Below, piece after piece: positions 35,944 to 44,806 of a stretch of 47,239 bases of DNA. Origin of the DNA: a virus. A program made the translations under genes and the position numbers. The notes under the pieces are model-generated. The model ran no database searches. It was not told where the DNA came from and worked only from the letters and a program-made list of their open reading frames with translations. Each line of letters opens with the position of its first letter. The first letter of the stretch is position 1. Location of the stretch: IMG/VR virus record IMGVR_UViG_3300045988_137371; one strand, 5' to 3'.

Positions 35944-36684
35944 CTAATCATTTTTTACTATTTTTCTGGCTAACTCGATCAACATGTCTTTAGGGATATC
36001 TTTGATCTTGTATCTTGATTCCTTATTCTCGACCTCTATGTTGATGCTTGGTTCATCCTTGGATGCTTCTACGCTTTCTTCTTTCTTATTTTGGGGTTCA
36101 TTCCATAGCTGGATATTAACAGGATCATCATATCCGAACAATTGCGCCCTGCGCTTCTGCACATCCAATATAACACGCATATATATAGCGTCTCCGGCCC
36201 CGCTTTCCTTTATCAATTTTAAAGGCGGCAACGGTTCTCCCTCCTTTTTGCTTTTTTGGATTATACAGTTCTTTATCTTCTCTATTTCATTCTTATAATA
36301 CTGAATGGTAGTGGTTTTACCTTCTTTCGTACGTTCCCAAGCATCCCATAATTCACGTTCCATCTTATCCAACTTCGCAACCTCTAGCTGCATATAGGGC
36401 TTTATCCCTTCAAGGTTCTCCTTTTGCCAACGATCCAATAGCTTCAACATGTCTTTTCTAACGAGTTGTGGGGACACCTCTCTATCTTGACCTATCTGTT
36501 TGTTATGCTCATTCAATAGCTTGGAAATACTGGCAAATGTGTATCCTGTTAGATAGTAATCCTTACAAAAGGACATATCCATTTCTATTTGCTCTGGCGT
36601 TCTGCCATTCTTCAAATTCCTAGCCGCCTTTTTTTGACTTACTTCTTTCTTTTTACGGCCTTTATAATCAGTTAAATTCCTCAT
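35944..36684 (-). CDS. Probable terminase small subunit
   Basis: 246 aa with an N-terminal HTH-like segment (GYTFASISKLLNE) and coiled-coil. It is directly upstream of terL. Confidence 0.5.
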   Translation of the reverse strand: MRNLTDYKGRKKKEVSQKKAARNLKNGRTPEQIEMDMSFCKDYYLTGYTFASISKLLNEHNKQIGQDREVSPQLVRKDMLKLLDRWQKENLEGIKPYMQLEVAKLDKMERELWDAWERTKEGKTTTIQYYKNEIEKIKNCIIQKSKKEGEPLPPLKLIKESGAGDAIYMRVILDVQKRRAQLFGYDDPVNIQLWNEPQNKKEESVEASKDEPSINIEVENKESRYKIKDIPKDMLIELARKIVKND

Positions 36685-36716
36685 AATTATTTAATTCTAT
36701 GTTGTTTATAAATAAA

Positions 36717-36748
36717 AAATGAGGCCGGAAAGACATCCAACCTCATTT
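36717..36748 (-). terminator. Strong intrinsic terminator 33 nt upstream of the terS start codon
   Basis: Minus strand reads AAAUGAGGUUGG-AUGUCUUU-CCGGCCUCAUUU followed by UUUAUUU. Confidence 0.7.
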
Positions 36749-36796
36749 GATCCTATTACCCCTGTAAGATAATCGGTGTTTGCCTTTTCTTGTAGG

Positions 36797-36804
36797 CAAA
36801 AGTA
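36797..36804 (-). promoter_or_regulatory. Isolated -7-like box (TActTTTG) upstream of the terS-proximal terminator
   Basis: It matches TAnnTTTG, but no good -33 sits at canonical spacing. Confidence 0.3.
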
Positions 36805-36905
36805 ATAAATAAACTCTAAACTTCACGAAATCAGAATTATATTTTACTTACTCCCTTCTTACAATGGTTTGGCCTATTCTCTATAGGGCAATATCTGCCA
36901 CTTGC

Positions 36906-37199
36906 TTAAAGTCTATTTGTATTAACAACTACCATTCCATCAATATCGTTAGACATTTCTTTGATCTGGCTAGATATGTCTTTTTTGATGAGGCCGTAAA
37001 TCTTCTCAATACATTCTTGTGTAATATTCAATTTTCGCATTCCAGTAGAATCATCCCTTTTATCTTCCTTAAAGTTTAAGGATATTAAGAAAGGTTTATA
37101 GCCCTTAGCCTCAGCATTATCGATAAATTCTTGATCGTTCTTAATCCCATCAAGCTTATCCATCATGTCATAAATCTGTTTCAAGTCCTTACGTGTCAT
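36906..37199 (-). CDS. Hypothetical protein
   Basis: 97-aa ORF. Confidence 0.55.
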   Translation of the reverse strand: MTRKDLKQIYDMMDKLDGIKNDQEFIDNAEAKGYKPFLISLNFKEDKRDDSTGMRKLNITQECIEKIYGLIKKDISSQIKEMSNDIDGMVVVNTNRL

Positions 37200-37204
37200 T
37201 TCGC

Positions 37205-37402
37205 TTAGTTTTTACATAAATATTTCAACATTTCCAAATCCTTCACTTTAGGGCTATCACTCCCTTTTGTAGCATCGATGATAGTCATATCATCAATATG
37301 GGCTGTCCAAGACTTACCTGTTACCGGAGAAGTATAGGTAACTTTATATCTACCATAACTAACTTTCTCGAAAGAGAAATCATAAATACTAATCTTTTTC
37401 AT
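37205..37402 (-). CDS. Hypothetical small protein
   Basis: 65-aa ORF about 27 nt downstream of a canonical promoter. Confidence 0.55.
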   Translation of the reverse strand: MKKISIYDFSFEKVSYGRYKVTYTSPVTGKSWTAHIDDMTIIDATKGSDSPKVKDLEMLKYLCKN

Positions 37403-37428
37403 ATCATTTTTGTTTCTTGATTACACCA

Positions 37429-37459
37429 CAAAGATACTAACTTTTTCTTATACTCCAAA
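37429..37459 (-). promoter_or_regulatory. Bacteroidota-type promoter (TTTG-N19-TAtcTTTG)
   Basis: Canonical. It is part of a ~90-nt intergenic repeat shared with 38330..38420. Confidence 0.7.
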
Positions 37460-37510
37460 TAAAAAAGCGTTTTTTTTCTTATATTTTTTTGCGGGTACAA
37501 TATAAAAATA

Positions 37511-37540
37511 GGGTACACTACTTTCACAAGCGATGTACCC
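37511..37540 (-). terminator. Intrinsic terminator after 37585..37800
   Basis: Minus strand reads GGGUACA-N16-UGUACCC followed by UAUUUUUAU. Confidence 0.6.
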
Positions 37541-37584
37541 AAGCGTAATCAAGTATTAACTAAAAAATTAGTGAAAAAGAAAAA

Positions 37585-37800
37585 TTATAGTTCCTTGTAT
37601 ATCTTACCGGTGCACTCATTCTCTAATGGACAATGATCTGGATCATCCGTATAGTAATCTTTCAGCACGCACCCCAAGCAGCCTTCCTCGCTATAGGGAT
37701 TATAGTTCATGCAAAATACGGTTTTACCTTGGAAATCGCAACTTTGGGCTATCTCTAATTCTTTCAATCGATCAAAATCTTTACTTTCTATACGTATCAT
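37585..37800 (-). CDS. Small Cys-rich protein
   Basis: 71 aa containing C..F.C...CLGC...C....C. Confidence 0.55.
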   Translation of the reverse strand: MIRIESKDFDRLKELEIAQSCDFQGKTVFCMNYNPYSEEGCLGCVLKDYYTDDPDHCPLENECTGKIYKEL

Positions 37801-37815
37801 GATATTTTCTATTAA

Positions 37816-38265
37816 TTATTTATCTACTTTCATATTCGTTCTTGGGAATTTACCTTCTTTGATAAGCCATTCAATAGCCTCTATAAATGCTTCAAACGGA
37901 TCATCATATCTATGTGATATATAGTTTAACCCGTATTCAATGCTGTATTGATGAGCCTTAACCTTATTATCGGCATTATACTTTTTAGTATTTAATCCTG
38001 CGCAGAGGTAAAGCGTCCCTAAACCATCAATAGCTGGAGGCATCATGTCTATAAGCTTGTATAGAGACCAAGCCGGATAATATAAATCCATGTCAAATAG
38101 GACCGACTTGTCCATCCAAGGTTCAACTAACTGATCTTGGACATTATCAATTGACCAATCATCAGTTTCCGTTATGCGTTGCAGATAGAAGTCTGCCGTA
38201 TCCGGGCTAACCCCGGCCTCTAATAGTCGTTGAGATTGTTGTTGAGTTGTACAAAGTCTATTCAT
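37816..38265 (-). CDS. Hypothetical protein
   Basis: 149-aa ORF. Confidence 0.6.
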   Translation of the reverse strand: MNRLCTTQQQSQRLLEAGVSPDTADFYLQRITETDDWSIDNVQDQLVEPWMDKSVLFDMDLYYPAWSLYKLIDMMPPAIDGLGTLYLCAGLNTKKYNADNKVKAHQYSIEYGLNYISHRYDDPFEAFIEAIEWLIKEGKFPRTNMKVDK

Positions 38266-38362
38266 GATCTTGTATTTTTTATTTTATCATATTCATTTCT
38301 AAATATCTTTCACAATGCCACTTGTTTTTTAGTTACCTGCTTTTTAAACATTGATTACACCA

Positions 38363-38393
38363 CAAATATACTAACTTTTCCTTATATACCAAA
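38363..38393 (-). promoter_or_regulatory. Bacteroidota-type promoter (TTTG-N19-TAtaTTTG)
   Basis: Canonical. It is paralogous to 37429..37459 (shared TTTGTGGTGTAATCAA). Confidence 0.7.
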
Positions 38394-38418
38394 CAGAAGG
38401 ATATTTTTTCTTATATTT

Positions 38419-38886
38419 TTATTTGATAGGTTTAAATGAACTACTCATAGGATAGTCTAAAATGAAATCCTTATCATATACCAGTGAAAAAATTCCTAGT
38501 TGCCCCTTTACCGGGAACTCGATAACCGGGATCGGATTCTTTAGGAACCAAGCGTAATGACCGCTTTTCAATGCTTTAATCAAGTCCTCTCGTTTTAGAC
38601 ATGCTGATGATAGCTCTTCTTCGCTACATTCCTTCAACAACTTGCAATCATATAGTTCTACTCTACATATAGATACGCCTATCCGATATTCATCTTTGTA
38701 CTCATACCCATCAAACACTTTTTTGGATGATACGATCAATATATCACCTCTATGTTTTGTTGCACGGCTCCTAACCTCGATCTTTTTAATCCCTTTGCTG
38801 ATCATATCCGCAAAAGGCTGATTTACGGACAAAGCACTGAATTTATCGTGCAAATCTGCGTTATATTCGTTTGTTCTATACTGCAT
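38419..38886 (-). CDS. ASCH-domain (PUA-like) protein
   Basis: LSVNQPFADMISKGIKKIEVRSRATKHRGDILIV...GHYAWFLKNPIPVIEFPVKGQLGIF. Confidence 0.7.
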   Translation of the reverse strand: MQYRTNEYNADLHDKFSALSVNQPFADMISKGIKKIEVRSRATKHRGDILIVSSKKVFDGYEYKDEYRIGVSICRVELYDCKLLKECSEEELSSACLKREDLIKALKSGHYAWFLKNPIPVIEFPVKGQLGIFSLVYDKDFILDYPMSSSFKPIK

Positions 38887-38923
38887 AATCTTTTGTTATA
38901 TTTAAATCTTAAATCAATACATA

Positions 38924-39391
38924 TTATCGGTAGAAACCTTTACCCCGTTTCTTATCCCTTTCCAGTTTTCGCCTTTCACGTCTAGTCAAAGGTGGTCGCT
39001 CAATGATATCCAGCCTTTTGATTTTTTTATCTTCATTGCCATTTTTAGGGATATCCCTATCTAATATTAAGCCTCCATTGAGCACATGATCAATCTCATT
39101 TTCGCTCATATTATAAAGTTCATTCAATGTAGGCCTTCTCCATTCGTAAACCGGAATGTAATCGGGAACGAAATAGAATGTTTTACAGTGCGACATCATA
39201 CCTCCACATTGACACCCTATCATAAATGGCGTGACTCCTTTATCGGCATAAGTAGTGACCATTTCTTTGCCACATGATTCACATTTATACAGATCATACG
39301 TCCAACGTCCATCGTAGATATCACTTTTTTCTATGGTTGATACTAATTTCTCGTATCTTCTTATAATCTCATTATTATCCATATCAATCAA
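38924..39391 (-). CDS. Hypothetical zinc-ribbon protein with a basic C-terminus
   Basis: CESCG...CQCGG, with a tail of RRERRKLERDKKRGKG. Confidence 0.6.
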   Translation of the reverse strand: MIDMDNNEIIRRYEKLVSTIEKSDIYDGRWTYDLYKCESCGKEMVTTYADKGVTPFMIGCQCGGMMSHCKTFYFVPDYIPVYEWRRPTLNELYNMSENEIDHVLNGGLILDRDIPKNGNEDKKIKRLDIIERPPLTRRERRKLERDKKRGKGFYR

Positions 39392-39602
39392 CCATAAATC
39401 CGATTTGAACTAAACAACGCATAGACTTTATAATCTTTACTGGTTCCCCATTTTCGACAATAGCCTTATAAGAGTTATCCAACTTTGTTACTATCAACTT
39501 CTCTGCTGCCAATAAAGAAATAGTTTGATCCTTAGTGTAGGCCACACATTTGAGTTGTGTCCCTTCCTTATCCTTGTACTTAAATAAAACACCTTGATTC
39601 AT
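39384..39602 (-). CDS. Hypothetical small protein
   Basis: 72-aa ORF with coupled overlaps. Confidence 0.55.
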   Translation of the reverse strand: MNQGVLFKYKDKEGTQLKCVAYTKDQTISLLAAEKLIVTKLDNSYKAIVENGEPVKIIKSMRCLVQIGFMVD

Positions 39603-39994
39603 GATTCTCTTATTTTAGGGTTTTCCAATAGATATTTGTTTTTATTATCAGACCATCCGGCGGCATCATTCAGTCTTATACGATCATCATCGTACACAAA
39701 ACAATACCAACCTGTAGTACCTATTCCCGTTCTTTCCTGCAACCTCATTAATTTATTCTCTATATATCTGGATAGATGCTTATAAGAGGACGTTTGAGGC
39801 AAGGAAATTATTCTCACATTCTTATCAACCAGTTCGTCCGATTTATTTTCGGACTTTTTGATTATTTTGGGCCTTTTCTCGTTTCCCGGGGCTTTATTAC
39901 CCCGGAATACAATAGGCTCTGGATAAAAATCACGCTTCATTGATCGCTTTATAATAGCGTCATAATCCCTTCTCTTTTTTTGCTCACTCATCAT
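39599..39994 (-). CDS. Hypothetical basic protein
   Basis: 131-aa ORF. Confidence 0.55.
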   Translation of the reverse strand: MMSEQKKRRDYDAIIKRSMKRDFYPEPIVFRGNKAPGNEKRPKIIKKSENKSDELVDKNVRIISLPQTSSYKHLSRYIENKLMRLQERTGIGTTGWYCFVYDDDRIRLNDAAGWSDNKNKYLLENPKIRES

Positions 39995-40403
39995 TTAACG
40001 ACTTTACAAATTTCCTTATCGATGATTTTATTAACGTTGCGCTCATTATATTGCCTATGCCATATATTTTATATTGCAAAAAATCGCCTTGCCAAACGGC
40101 CTTACAGTCTGGATCGGTATCAAATACGATCATCGTACCTTTCTTGAATTTATTGTCTACCATAAACGATAGTTGCCTCAAAGCATCTTCTTTGGAACCT
40201 AGGCCTATTTCTACGTATGGGTCATACTGGTTCCCGTTCTTAACGAGCATAACATAGGATTCAGTCCCGTTTAAATCCAGCTTCACTAGTTTGTCATGCC
40301 CCAAATTAGCGGTCGCTATCGTTGTATTATTTATGACTGTTTGCCCTATACAGCCCATCACTATTAATAACAGGCTAAAAATTATGGTTATCTTTCTCAT
40401 CAC
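39984..40403 (-). CDS. Predicted lipoprotein
   Basis: Signal peptide MMRKITIIFSLLLIVMGC with a lipobox-like VMGC. Confidence 0.55.
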   Translation of the reverse strand: MMRKITIIFSLLLIVMGCIGQTVINNTTIATANLGHDKLVKLDLNGTESYVMLVKNGNQYDPYVEIGLGSKEDALRQLSFMVDNKFKKGTMIVFDTDPDCKAVWQGDFLQYKIYGIGNIMSATLIKSSIRKFVKSLNDE

Positions 40404-40639
40404 TAATCATTTTTAGGTAATAATTTATAAATAGTCAATCCTTCATAATCAACTGCCTCAAGCGTGCATCTTATAGGCTTTCCATCTGATTTATAGATAC
40501 TATCATCCTCCATTACGCCTTTTATCATATTGGTAGCCTTGATATACAAACATCCGTTATTCCCGGTTAAAACACGATATGATTCCTCTGTTGGTACTGG
40601 AACGGGACATATAGCTAGATATTTACCATCAAAATACAC
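40403..40639 (-). CDS. Hypothetical small protein (GTG start in the track)
   Basis: 78-aa ORF. Confidence 0.5.
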   Translation of the reverse strand: MYFDGKYLAICPVPVPTEESYRVLTGNNGCLYIKATNMIKGVMEDDSIYKSDGKPIRCTLEAVDYEGLTIYKLLPKND

Positions 40640-40762
40640 ATTGATTCCATATGTTTGAATATGCCTAATGACATTACCGTATTTTCAAACAGGTTTATTC
40701 TCCCTAGCAACGGAGATATAGATACTTCCATCTTTCTTTCACATTCCTTTGATGATATCAAT

Positions 40763-41233
40763 TTAAAATTTCCCATATTCTTTTTTTAGTTTATAAATTA
40801 TTTTTTTGTTTTTTGGATATATAAGCATTCTCGATCGGATTCCGTTCTCCCATTCCGCATGGCATGCCGGGCAAAGAAGATTTATGTTTCTTGGATCATG
40901 TGCCATATCTGGGTAGGCTCCACGACTTAATATATGACTACAATAGATAGCCGCAAATTGATCCCCTAATGGCTTTAGGCATTCTTCGCAATAATGCGAT
41001 TTGTGATCCCACACAAAACGGAAAAATCTATTATTGGCTGCTTGAATGTCTTCTTCTCCGAAAAGGTAATTAGAAAACATTTTATTCTGTAGTTCTATCC
41101 TTAAATCATGGTCTAGCTCTAATTCATTGTAATGGAATAGGGGTTCTATTCCCCTATTCCTCACAATAAAATATTCTTCTAACGTTTCGATCTTAATCGC
41201 TTCCATCTTCATCATCGGAGAAAGGCATATCAT
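40763..41233 (-). CDS. HNH-type endonuclease-like protein
   Basis: CEEC...CSHILSRGAYPDMAHDPRNINLLCPACH. Confidence 0.6.
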   Translation of the reverse strand: MICLSPMMKMEAIKIETLEEYFIVRNRGIEPLFHYNELELDHDLRIELQNKMFSNYLFGEEDIQAANNRFFRFVWDHKSHYCEECLKPLGDQFAAIYCSHILSRGAYPDMAHDPRNINLLCPACHAEWENGIRSRMLIYPKNKKIIYKLKKEYGKF

Positions 41234-41822
41234 TCGGATCGATCTTCTCGTTCAAGTCTTCGCTATCATCATCCCCGTTTGCGGAGAATAGTTCTAGCTG
41301 TGCGCTTTTACCTTCCCAAATGTAAGCGTGAACCTCATCATGCAAGGCATCAACGATAGCCTCGATATCTTCCTCGAATCCGTAGGTCGTAACATCGAAT
41401 CTGATCCGGTGCGAGTTAATAGCCATTGTTTGTTTCGTATCCGCCTTAAATAGAGAAGTAATGATTACACCTCTAGTTTTCTCTTTACCGGACAAAGCAA
41501 AGCCAGAAATAGTTAAACGGTCTGCCACTTCTTTATAAGCGGATTCTGCCAGTTCATTTTGCTTCTTAGTGGCTTTAAAATCTGGTGTTTCCATTAACGA
41601 CCGGAAAAATGAAAGATGCAATACACGAAGCATCATAGGCTTTAAGGATTCTACCTTCGATAATAAGTCTGGGTGACAAATCCTAGGAGATACGAAATGA
41701 TAATTTTCGTAGTAGTTCTCGCTTCCGCACGTTACTCGGACTGTGTAAACGATATCCAATCCCCCATCTTTTACTAGCTTGATCTTATTCAAGCTAAATT
41801 GTTCTTTTGTTGGTGCAACCAT
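41193..41822 (-). CDS. Hypothetical protein with an SSB-like acidic C-terminal tail, a possible ssDNA-binding/annealing factor
   Basis: The C-terminus reads DDDSEDLNEKIDPNDMPFSDDEDGSD. It sits in the replication module. Confidence 0.4.
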   Translation of the reverse strand: MVAPTKEQFSLNKIKLVKDGGLDIVYTVRVTCGSENYYENYHFVSPRICHPDLLSKVESLKPMMLRVLHLSFFRSLMETPDFKATKKQNELAESAYKEVADRLTISGFALSGKEKTRGVIITSLFKADTKQTMAINSHRIRFDVTTYGFEEDIEAIVDALHDEVHAYIWEGKSAQLELFSANGDDDSEDLNEKIDPNDMPFSDDEDGSD

Positions 41823-41832
41823 TTTGATAAAT

Positions 41833-42012
41833 TTATTTAGTTATAAAATAAGCGCATTTCCGTCCATGCTGATTACAAGCGCAAACACGCATTTCTTTCG
41901 ATTTACAATAACATCCATTCCCGATAAACTGGGATGAGTTTTTACAATCCCTGCAAAATATGATTTTATCTTTATCATGTTTTACTGGTTCCTTTTTAGC
42001 TACTCTAGGCAT
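41833..42012 (-). CDS. 59-aa Cys-rich protein, below the ORF-track cut-off
   Basis: Manual translation: MPRVAKKEPVKHDKDKIIFCRDCKNSSQFIGNGCYCKSKEMRVCACNQHGRKCAYFITK. It fills the 177-nt gap. Confidence 0.45.
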   Translation of the reverse strand: MPRVAKKEPVKHDKDKIIFCRDCKNSSQFIGNGCYCKSKEMRVCACNQHGRKCAYFITK

Positions 42013-42590
42013 ATTATGCCCTGTTTAACTAACTCATCAAAACAACGCTCCAATGCCCTTACATCATTGATTGAAGCGTGGGCCTCAAAGTTATCGTTAA
42101 ATAACTTTTGATACAATTCCGTCAATGTAGGCCATTTTAGGCCCTTGCCATTCGGGAATTTGGCTCCGACAAATTTAATGGTTTTATTCATCGTGCAAAT
42201 CCTTTTCTCTTTATCTAAGGCCGGGACTACAAGTTTGTCGTAATAATAAGGCATTCGCAATCGTAAGGAATTAGCCTTTACGATAGATGTGTCAAAATAG
42301 ATATTATGAGCTACGATCTTATCCGCATTTATAGCGTCATTTATGAAGCTATCTATTGCGAAAGCTAAAGGAACGCCTTTATCCAAGGCCATTTCCGTAC
42401 TTATACCATGAATTTCGGTACATTCCTTCGGTATCTCATATCCTTCTGGCTTAACAATTAAATCGGTCTCAACCCCTTTGAACTTCCATGATATCGAAAC
42501 GATATGTGGAAAAACTTCAAAGTCCTTGTCATACTTCTGATCTTTCGAAAAAGTTCCTGTAGTCTCTGTATCAAAAAATAAAACTTCCAT
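42000..42590 (-). CDS. DnaQ-like DEDDh 3'-5' exonuclease
   Basis: ExoI FFDTETTG, ExoII AHNIYFDTS, ExoIII HASINDVRALE. Confidence 0.9.
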   Translation of the reverse strand: MEVLFFDTETTGTFSKDQKYDKDFEVFPHIVSISWKFKGVETDLIVKPEGYEIPKECTEIHGISTEMALDKGVPLAFAIDSFINDAINADKIVAHNIYFDTSIVKANSLRLRMPYYYDKLVVPALDKEKRICTMNKTIKFVGAKFPNGKGLKWPTLTELYQKLFNDNFEAHASINDVRALERCFDELVKQGIICLE

Positions 42591-42593
42591 ATT

Positions 42594-42968
42594 CTAAATA
42601 TTTGCTTTGTTAAATTCTTCGGCCATTTTAATTTGTTGCTCTATATATTGAGGATTCCGACTTATAAATAGTTCGGATATCCCTAATATGGTCATACGAA
42701 TATTTTCATTCTCTTTAATCATATTGTAAAGATAACTAGCGTATGACATTTCATCACCCGCAAAAAATGTTTTAGATAGCACTTCCTCCCCTAAATCATC
42801 CCCGGCAATTAGCATGACAAAATCATTGCTATTTGGAGTCATATTAGGTTTATAAGATTCTATAAAATCTTTAAATAAAATAGATTTTATCTTTGATGCT
42901 GTTTCCATTCTTTCCTTTTTAGTCTTCATTTGGATCACAAATATATACATGCAGATTTTCGGCTGCAT
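42594..42968 (-). CDS. Hypothetical protein
   Basis: 124-aa ORF. Confidence 0.55.
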   Translation of the reverse strand: MQPKICMYIFVIQMKTKKERMETASKIKSILFKDFIESYKPNMTPNSNDFVMLIAGDDLGEEVLSKTFFAGDEMSYASYLYNMIKENENIRMTILGISELFISRNPQYIEQQIKMAEEFNKANI

Positions 42969-43350
42969 ATTGTTTTATAAAATCGATATGTGAGATAAAA
43001 TCTTTCATCGTTAAATCCTCTACCTTTATGATCTCATCGATAGAGCTATTATTGAAAACGTTGAAAGACACGGAGTGAGTCCAAGGAGATAAGAGTTCTA
43101 GCCTTTCTATAGTCTCCTTAGATGTTAGGATATCCCCTAGCTCGGCGAATCCCTTTTGAACCGAAGGGATAACGCCGTTATAATAGTAGTGCTGCAATAG
43201 TTTACTATCATTAGGGGAATAGACATTAAAAGTAGCTATGATCCCTTTACCCTTGTGTTGGCCTAGGAAATTAGTTAACACTTTCATAGGTATTAATAAA
43301 TTCCCCTTAGAATCGATCTTCCCTTTTAGAGTCAACTCGTTATTCTTCAT
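42919..43350 (-). CDS. Hypothetical protein
   Basis: 143-aa ORF downstream of the ATPase, with an 11-nt overlap. Confidence 0.55.
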   Translation of the reverse strand: MKNNELTLKGKIDSKGNLLIPMKVLTNFLGQHKGKGIIATFNVYSPNDSKLLQHYYYNGVIPSVQKGFAELGDILTSKETIERLELLSPWTHSVSFNVFNNSSIDEIIKVEDLTMKDFISHIDFIKQYAAENLHVYICDPNED

Positions 43351-44779
43351 TGTATTCCTCTATTCTTAGATCATTTTGATCTCGTACTACAGTCTCTATG
43401 AATCCTTGGAACCCGAATTTTTTGGCTAGGGAAACGATGTTTTTCAATTTTGCCGCCCCTAAAGATTCCCCACGTGCTACCCGGAATACCCTTACTTTGC
43501 TATTTTTAGCCATGACAAGCTTAATGGCCACTTCCATAATTTGCGAATCGGACACTTTTTCTTTCTGGAAAGGGACTCCGTTTAGGATCAGACCATCATT
43601 ATCGAACGATAATCCCTTAATTGGAAGCTTAGAGGACTTGATTAAACTTTCTTTCTTAGCTAGACATGAATCTATTTCTTGCTGCTTTTCCTCTGCCGAT
43701 ACTTCTGCGATAGATAGATCGTGTTTAGTGTTTAGAAATGACTTAACCTTCAAGACATTTCTATTGTATTCTGATATAGTAGCCATTTCTTCGGCCAAAT
43801 CCTTCACATTAGCTTTTGTATATGCTTCTATAAATGATTCTGCGTTTCTTAACAGTCTGGTTTCGTTCTCTAATTTATCGTTAACGGCATTAATGTTAGC
43901 TTCTAGTGTATCTGATACCTCCTTAGACATAAGCCTTAGTTTCCCCCGGCGTTCTTCGGCCTCTTTTTTGATTTCTTCGATCTTTTTCTTTTCCCAAACA
44001 TCTATGTTAGAAGCCTCTCTACTGATATCACTCTCTCTCTTTTTTGCGGCCTCATGAATATTAGCCAAATCTGAGGCATGGCCATTATGTATGTATTGCT
44101 TAGAACTCTCAACGACCGCCAAAGCCTTATCATATTTAGCTTTCAAGGCGTAAAATTTATTTTGCCTTTCTGCTAGCTCATTGATATCTTTTTCCTCTTT
44201 GTAGTCCTCGATTTTAAGCCCGATAATGTCTTTTTCAGCCTTGTTTTTTAAAGGCTCTAAAACCTTTATACGATCATTGAAGTTCTTACGTTCCGACTTT
44301 GCCCTTTCTATTCGTTTATCCAGTTCTGCCAATTCATTAATCACTTCTTTTGGGAAAAGAGACTTTACAATCTCGATCTGTTTCCTTCGTCCTTCTGCGT
44401 TTTCTGACAATCTGGCAAATTCATCCGCATCGAAATCTTGGTATCCGAAAATATCCTGCAACATTGATACATTACTGCTTTTCATCCCTGTTTGCTTACT
44501 GGTAATAGTAAGTGTCCCTTTTGGATTTGCCTTTGTAAAAGATAGCTTGACTTGATATTCTTCTTTGTTATCGCCTACGATGATCTCCGCAAAACCCTTT
44601 TCTTTGCCATTCTTTAAAACGTTATCCCTTTTACCATTAAGCAATATTCCAATGGATTTAAGTAACGTTGATTTACCTAATTCGTTTTCCCCCGTAACGA
44701 AGTATACGGAACCGGAGAACTCACCTTCAAACGACTCGATCGTTTGGAAATTTTTTAAACTGATTTTTTTTACGTACAT
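43340..44779 (-). CDS. SMC/Rad50/SbcC-like coiled-coil ATPase
   Basis: N-terminal Walker A FVTGENELGKST, a long central coiled-coil and a C-terminal ABC-type lobe. Confidence 0.8.
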   Translation of the reverse strand: MYVKKISLKNFQTIESFEGEFSGSVYFVTGENELGKSTLLKSIGILLNGKRDNVLKNGKEKGFAEIIVGDNKEEYQVKLSFTKANPKGTLTITSKQTGMKSSNVSMLQDIFGYQDFDADEFARLSENAEGRRKQIEIVKSLFPKEVINELAELDKRIERAKSERKNFNDRIKVLEPLKNKAEKDIIGLKIEDYKEEKDINELAERQNKFYALKAKYDKALAVVESSKQYIHNGHASDLANIHEAAKKRESDISREASNIDVWEKKKIEEIKKEAEERRGKLRLMSKEVSDTLEANINAVNDKLENETRLLRNAESFIEAYTKANVKDLAEEMATISEYNRNVLKVKSFLNTKHDLSIAEVSAEEKQQEIDSCLAKKESLIKSSKLPIKGLSFDNDGLILNGVPFQKEKVSDSQIMEVAIKLVMAKNSKVRVFRVARGESLGAAKLKNIVSLAKKFGFQGFIETVVRDQNDLRIEEYNEE

Positions 44780-44806
44780 AATGATTTTGTTTTATTGTTG
44801 ACACTG

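Noticed and set aside
40799-40808. An apparent extra T in the T-run near the 3' end of the HNH ORF. By my manual count it would truncate the protein.
   Set aside because: The supplied ORF track reads through this run in frame (…KNKKIIYKLKKEYGKF). I trust the computed track over my homopolymer counting. This also shows that my hand counts of runs can be off by one.
43398-44057. Long plus-strand ORFs, for example 219 aa at 43398..44057, 114 aa at 21250..21594, 121 aa at 23449..23814 and 121 aa at 16036..16401.
   Set aside because: All lie antisense to long minus-strand genes, mostly K/E-rich coiled-coil genes. Their products are low-complexity F/L/S-rich strings and they have no promoter context. 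They are typical shadow ORFs.
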